Shown: piece after piece, positions 59,479 to 64,000 of the stretch
Layout: the number at the start of each line of letters is the position of its first letter
Numbering within the stretch: the first letter of the stretch is position 1
Assembly (NCBI GenBank): GCA_902550225.1
Contig: CACCYL010000002.1
Coordinates: forward strand, 13,539-77,538
Direction of reading: 5' to 3'
DNA length: 64,000 nucleotides
DNA from: an uncultured Alphaproteobacteria bacterium
GTDB lineage: Bacteria > Pseudomonadota > Alphaproteobacteria > Methylaequorales > Methylaequoraceae
The notes under the pieces: generated by a model
The model's input: only the letters and a program-made list of their open reading frames with translations
What the model was told of the DNA's origin: nothing
The model's database searches: none
Translations under genes and position numbers: made by a program

Positions 59479-59518
59479 ATTTAAAATCAAATTACATAAA
59501 AATTATTATTTTTTCAAC

Positions 59519-59758
59519 CTAATTTTGTGGAGGCTCAAATGGTAGTTCGTCTTCAACATTGTTCTCATTATTCTCCATATTTTCAATATTATTTGGGTTG
59601 GAAAATGAACTAGGTGTGCACTGCTTCATTACAACTTGAGCAAAAAGAGATTCTTTACATTTGACCCATGGTGGTGCTTCTCTATTCCTTCCAAACCAAA
59701 ATGAACTAATCATTAGAATTAGAATTAAAACTGAGATTATCCACATACTTCTAGACAT
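59519..59758 (-). CDS. Small membrane-anchored hypothetical protein
   Basis: N-terminal TM, W.KCKESL...CTP. Confidence 0.65.
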   Translation of the reverse strand: MSRSMWIISVLILILMISSFWFGRNREAPPWVKCKESLFAQVVMKQCTPSSFSNPNNIENMENNENNVEDELPFEPPQN

Positions 59759-59760
59759 AA

Positions 59761-60159
59761 TTATATTGAAACCACGTTGTTACGTTGAACAGGAATTGAA
59801 GATTTGATTTTATCAATGATATTAGAATCATTTTTGAAATAAATAAGTTTTGGAGTGTGTTTTTTAATATCTTTTTTATTTATCTCTGCATATGTGCAGA
59901 TTATAACTTTATCATTTTTGTTACCTTTAAAGGCGGCGGCTCCATTGAGTGTGATTATGCCGCTCCCGCTCTCAGCTTTGATTGCATAAGTAGTGAATCT
60001 CTCCCCATTTACTAAATTATAAATATGAATCATTTCATACTCTGAAATTTCAGCAGCGTTTAACAATTCACAATCAATTGCACATGAACCTTCGTAGTCA
60101 AGGTGAGTATTTGTAATTGTTGCTCTGTGAAGCTTTGATTTTAAAACGCTAATTTTCAT
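59761..60159 (-). CDS. panD: Aspartate 1-decarboxylase
   Basis: LKSKLHRAT, YEGS cleavage site, NGERFTTY, NGAAA. Confidence 0.96.
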   Translation of the reverse strand: MKISVLKSKLHRATITNTHLDYEGSCAIDCELLNAAEISEYEMIHIYNLVNGERFTTYAIKAESGSGIITLNGAAAFKGNKNDKVIICTYAEINKKDIKKHTPKLIYFKNDSNIIDKIKSSIPVQRNNVVSI

Positions 60160-60223
60160 AAATGTAACTAAAAACATAATGATGATGGATAATCAACAAA
60201 AAATATAATATAATATACTGTTT

Positions 60224-62041
60224 ATGAAATTAAGAAGATGGCAACAAAAAGTAATTGATGAATTTCCTGAAATTACAAAAAATTACAAGAAGTTTATCTT
60301 AAAAGCTCCAACAGGAGCTGGTAAGACTGTTTTAGCAAGTGAGATAATCAATAGATTTTATAAAAATAAAAAAATAGTTGTCCTTTGTCATAGATTAGTT
60401 TTATTAGAACAACTTGAAAAAGGGTTATCTACCGATCACAAAGTTAAAAAACTTGGTCTATCCGAAGAGGGAACTCCATTTGAGAATTATGACGTTTTAA
60501 TCTCAACTAATTTAAGATCCAGAGATTTTCTTCAAAATGCAATTAAACATTGTGATCTACTCATTATTGACGAGGCACATAGAGTTTCACCTAACGGACA
60601 AGCTTATAGGGAATTACTTGATCAATTTGACAAAGAATCTGCAGAACAATCTAAACTTCTTGGCCTAACTGCCTCTCCAGAAAGAAGAACAGGTGATCAA
60701 AAAGATCAATTAGGTTTAGCATTTGATGCAATAATAGATTGTGCTGACATTGAGGAGTTAATCAAAGAAGGGGTTCTTGTCCCTGCTGATTATCGCTCGT
60801 TTTTTATTCACGATTTAGAGCTCGATAATATGGATATTTCCACAGGCGATTTTCCAATAGAACAATTGTCTAATGCCATTATCAAGTCGTCAATGATTGA
60901 GTATGCTATAAATATATATCTTGGAGAAACAAAAAAAATGAAAGACAAACCTATTTCCGCATGGTTTTGTCCAGATATTTTAGTTGCTGAGGAAACCAAA
61001 AAGCAGGTAGCAAATAAAAATCTCAATGTTGAGTTAATAACAGCTAAAACTCCAATTAAAGAAAGATTAGAGATACTTAAAAAGCATGAGGTTGGTGATC
61101 TTGAGTGTTTGATTTCTGTAGGAGTTCTATCTGAAGGGTGGGATAATCCAAATTGTAATATTATTGTTCATCTAAGGCCAACTTTATCAAAAGTATTTTG
61201 GGGACAATCAGTTGGACGTGGTTTAAGATCGGCTAAGGGTAAGACTAAATGTTTGGTTATAGATGTAAGTTCAAATTTCACAACCTTTGGGCCTGTTGAA
61301 CAACTCAAGTGGAAACTAATGAATCATAGAAAATCTTACTTGGAATTTAAAAATAGATTTAATTGGGTAAGTAAACAGCAATTTGTAAAAGACAGAGATT
61401 ACACTTATTTACTTTGTGAAGGACCTAGTGTCACTGGGAAAAGATGTTCACTTGTATACAAAAAAAAGCAACTTTCAGACGAGGCATGTCCGATATGTAA
61501 GTCTTATGCGTCAACAGATCTTTATAAAGATAATAAGATTGAAAAACCTAAAAATGATAACAGTCTTCACAAAATCTTTTTCGAAAAAGTACCTAAAATT
61601 TTTAAGGATATGAATCAAAATATATGGCAAAATATGGAATCTACAGCCTGGCGAGACGCTAATATTTATGAAAAATTATTCCTAACATTTTGTTTGGCTT
61701 TTGACTTTGTATCAGGCGAAATGACTAATTCTGAACATGAGTTCTGGAACTTGACGTTGGATGCTGAAAAAAAAATACGAGAGTTTTTATTTGAAAGAGA
61801 AATTACTATTCCACAGCAGGAAGAGTTTATATTTACGACATTAGCAGACGGGTTAAGTAAAGGTAGAGTGATTAGACCAGTTCAAACCAATTATGGTATT
61901 GCTTTATGTGGTGAAAATTTTGTTAAAAACTCAAGTGATGAAAATGAAAGAAAATTTCAAAAAGCTTTACAAGTAATTGAAAGAATAGCCGCGATGGGTG
62001 TAACTAATACGGAGGAATTGCCGTACTATAAGATAAATTAA
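60224..62041 (+). CDS. SF2 DEAH helicase (RadD/Irc3-like) with a Cys cluster
   Basis: APTGAGKT, DEAH, GLTASP, EGWD.P, QSVGRGLR, CPIC. Confidence 0.85.
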   Translation: MKLRRWQQKVIDEFPEITKNYKKFILKAPTGAGKTVLASEIINRFYKNKKIVVLCHRLVLLEQLEKGLSTDHKVKKLGLSEEGTPFENYDVLISTNLRSRDFLQNAIKHCDLLIIDEAHRVSPNGQAYRELLDQFDKESAEQSKLLGLTASPERRTGDQKDQLGLAFDAIIDCADIEELIKEGVLVPADYRSFFIHDLELDNMDISTGDFPIEQLSNAIIKSSMIEYAINIYLGETKKMKDKPISAWFCPDILVAEETKKQVANKNLNVELITAKTPIKERLEILKKHEVGDLECLISVGVLSEGWDNPNCNIIVHLRPTLSKVFWGQSVGRGLRSAKGKTKCLVIDVSSNFTTFGPVEQLKWKLMNHRKSYLEFKNRFNWVSKQQFVKDRDYTYLLCEGPSVTGKRCSLVYKKKQLSDEACPICKSYASTDLYKDNKIEKPKNDNSLHKIFFEKVPKIFKDMNQNIWQNMESTAWRDANIYEKLFLTFCLAFDFVSGEMTNSEHEFWNLTLDAEKKIREFLFEREITIPQQEEFIFTTLADGLSKGRVIRPVQTNYGIALCGENFVKNSSDENERKFQKALQVIERIAAMGVTNTEELPYYKIN

Positions 62042-62046
62042 TAATA

Positions 62047-62337
62047 TTAGTTAGGTTCGTAAATACAAATTAAAGTAAAGCCGCTACCTCGTTTATGGAT
62101 GATTTTAACTTCATCTTTTGTAATTATTGTGTGCTCAAGATTACATAACTTTACGATTAACTCTTCTTCTCTTACTTTTATGTCAAAATAAAGAAGTAGT
62201 TTATCACCTTTATCACATATTTTTAATTTTTCCTGAATTTCATTTTCTGATTTAATAATTGGTGGTTTGCAAATCTTTTTTGCTATACTCACGTTTGATG
62301 TAAGTAAAATAAAGGAAATGATAAAAATCTTTTGCAT
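62047..62337 (-). CDS. Small secreted 4-Cys protein
   Basis: Signal peptide, four spaced cysteines. Confidence 0.65.
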   Translation of the reverse strand: MQKIFIISFILLTSNVSIAKKICKPPIIKSENEIQEKLKICDKGDKLLLYFDIKVREEELIVKLCNLEHTIITKDEVKIIHKRGSGFTLICIYEPN

Positions 62338-64000
62338 TAGATTGTTGCAGAAACCTTACCCAAATGTTTTGTTAGTTTCATATTTTCACCATAGTCGACA
62401 GGGACACCAATTATTGCAGGACCATTCTGTTTAAATGCTTCATTGAGTGCTGGAATAAATTGATCTGCAGAGTGCACCTGTTTTCCCCACATACCGAAAG
62501 ATTTGGCTAATTCAAGAAAATTTGGATTGTCAAATTTTAAATCAGAATGTTCACCTTTAAATTGAACTTGTTGTTTCCATTTTATTAAACCATATTCACC
62601 GTCTAACCAAACAACAGCAACAATATTTATTTTCTTTCTAACAGCAGTTTCTAAATCTTGCACGTTCATAAGGAATCCAGCATCACCATTTACTGAAAGT
62701 ACTTTTTTGTCTGGAAATGCCATTTTTGCTCCAATTGAACCGGGAAGAGCAAAACCCATTGTACAAAATCCATTGGAGATAAGACACGTATTTGGATTGA
62801 CACAATTATACTCTCTTGCAACCCACATCTTATGAGCCCCAACGTCTGAAAGGATAATATCATCTTCTCCGAGTACTTTCTTTATGTCTGCTAAGACTCT
62901 CTGTGGTTTCATTGGAAATGAGTTATCTTCATTATTTTTATCTAAATGATTTAACATTTTTGATCTTAATTTTTTTCTTGAATCAATGTTGAATAATGGC
63001 AATTGACTTCTAGAAACTTTATTTATTAAAGCTAAATTTAGTTGATAGAGAGCACCTGCTAAATCTGCAATAATTTCAACATTAGGGAGATAGTCTCTGT
63101 CTACTTCTGCAGGAGTATAGTCAATGTGAATAATCTTCTTTTCTCTCCCTTCAATTCTATTCCAAGCTGATGGGGAATATTCAACTAAATCGTAACCTAC
63201 GGCAATTACTAAATCTGACTCATCAATTGCCAAATTATTGTAATCACCACTTCCAAGTCCAATAGTAAATAGAGAATGTTTATCTTTAAAAGAAACTGAT
63301 CCTTTGCCCATAAAAGTATTGATTACTCCGATTCCTAAATTCTCTACTAGCACCCTAAGTCTGTTAGAGGCTCTTTTTCGTATTGTTCCGTTTCCAGCAA
63401 GGATGATTGGATTTTTTGCATCCAAAATAAGATTAAGCGCCATCTCGATTGCCCTATTATCAGCTGCTGGTCTTCTTATCAAAGTTGGTTTAATTGGTGT
63501 ATCTTTTATTTCTTCTTTTGCAATATCCTCTGGAAATTCAACAACGGTAACACCTGGTTTTTCAGTTTCAGCTACCTTAAAGGCTTTTCTTACTACTTCA
63601 GTTATATTTTTTGGGGATAAAATAGTTTGCGCCCATTTTGATATTGGGTGAACCATGCTTATTGAATCCATAATTTGGTGACTTTCTTTGTGAAGTCTAT
63701 TTGTAGATCCTTGTCCAATTATTGCTACTACTGGGGATCTATCCATGTTAGCATCCGCTAATCCTGTCATAAGGTTAGTCACGCCAGGACCTAGTGTAGA
63801 TAAACAAACTCCCGCTTTACCAGTTAATCTACCGTATGCATCAGCCATAAAAGCAGCTGCTTGCTCGTGTCTACATAAAATAAATTCTATTTTTTTACTT
63901 TGTTTTAAGGAAATCATAAAATCAGCATTTTCTTCTCCGGGAACTCCGAATATCCGAGTAACCCCTTCCTCTTCAAGACATTTTACAAATAAGTCTGATG
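62337..64000 (-). CDS. Acetolactate synthase large subunit family (start outside window)
   Basis: Frame stays open past 63917 (SDLFVKCLEEEGV..IFGVPGEEN); RHEQAAAFMA, TLGPG, GDAGFLMN TPP motif. Confidence 0.93.
   Translation of the reverse strand, partial: SDLFVKCLEEEGVTRIFGVPGEENADFMISLKQSKKIEFILCRHEQAAAFMADAYGRLTGKAGVCLSTLGPGVTNLMTGLADANMDRSPVVAIIGQGSTNRLHKESHQIMDSISMVHPISKWAQTILSPKNITEVVRKAFKVAETEKPGVTVVEFPEDIAKEEIKDTPIKPTLIRRPAADNRAIEMALNLILDAKNPIILAGNGTIRKRASNRLRVLVENLGIGVINTFMGKGSVSFKDKHSLFTIGLGSGDYNNLAIDESDLVIAVGYDLVEYSPSAWNRIEGREKKIIHIDYTPAEVDRDYLPNVEIIADLAGALYQLNLALINKVSRSQLPLFNIDSRKKLRSKMLNHLDKNNEDNSFPMKPQRVLADIKKVLGEDDIILSDVGAHKMWVAREYNCVNPNTCLISNGFCTMGFALPGSIGAKMAFPDKKVLSVNGDAGFLMNVQDLETAVRKKINIVAVVWLDGEYGLIKWKQQVQFKGEHSDLKFDNPNFLELAKSFGMWGKQVHSADQFIPALNEAFKQNGPAIIGVPVDYGENMKLTKHLGKVSATI

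Overview
AT-rich bacterial chromosome window, most likely from a streamlined marine Alphaproteobacterium (inferred from the uvrA/ssb-gyrA-coaD-ppi and recG/sdhE-mfd gene order and the alphaproteobacterial-type pqqA). Bases 1-14.3 kb are housekeeping genes. Bases 14.3-40.7 kb hold the most striking feature: two convergent gene arms, each combining a class III adenylate cyclase with a type I secretion set (TolC, ABC, HlyD) and very acidic Gly/Pro- or Glu-rich candidate cargo proteins. The locus also encodes a class-I-PDE-like HD protein, a HlyD fused to a cNMP-binding domain, two stand-alone cNMP-binding proteins and a DUF1538 + 2x PII-like module. Both ABC ATPases lack the catalytic Glu and His. 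A short helix-hairpin motif recurs in all three cargo candidates and in the CHASE2 cyclase. A bipartite DNA motif precedes both FecR/RTX genes. Bases 40.8-59.5 kb are a tRNA-bounded variable region of small genes, including an orphan pqqA, unannotated microproteins, a candidate structured RNA leader and a DNA-repair cluster. The window ends with panD, an SF2 helicase and a truncated acetolactate synthase. Four tRNAs were found; no rRNA, CRISPR, integrase or transposase was seen. All family calls are from visual motif recognition, not database searches.
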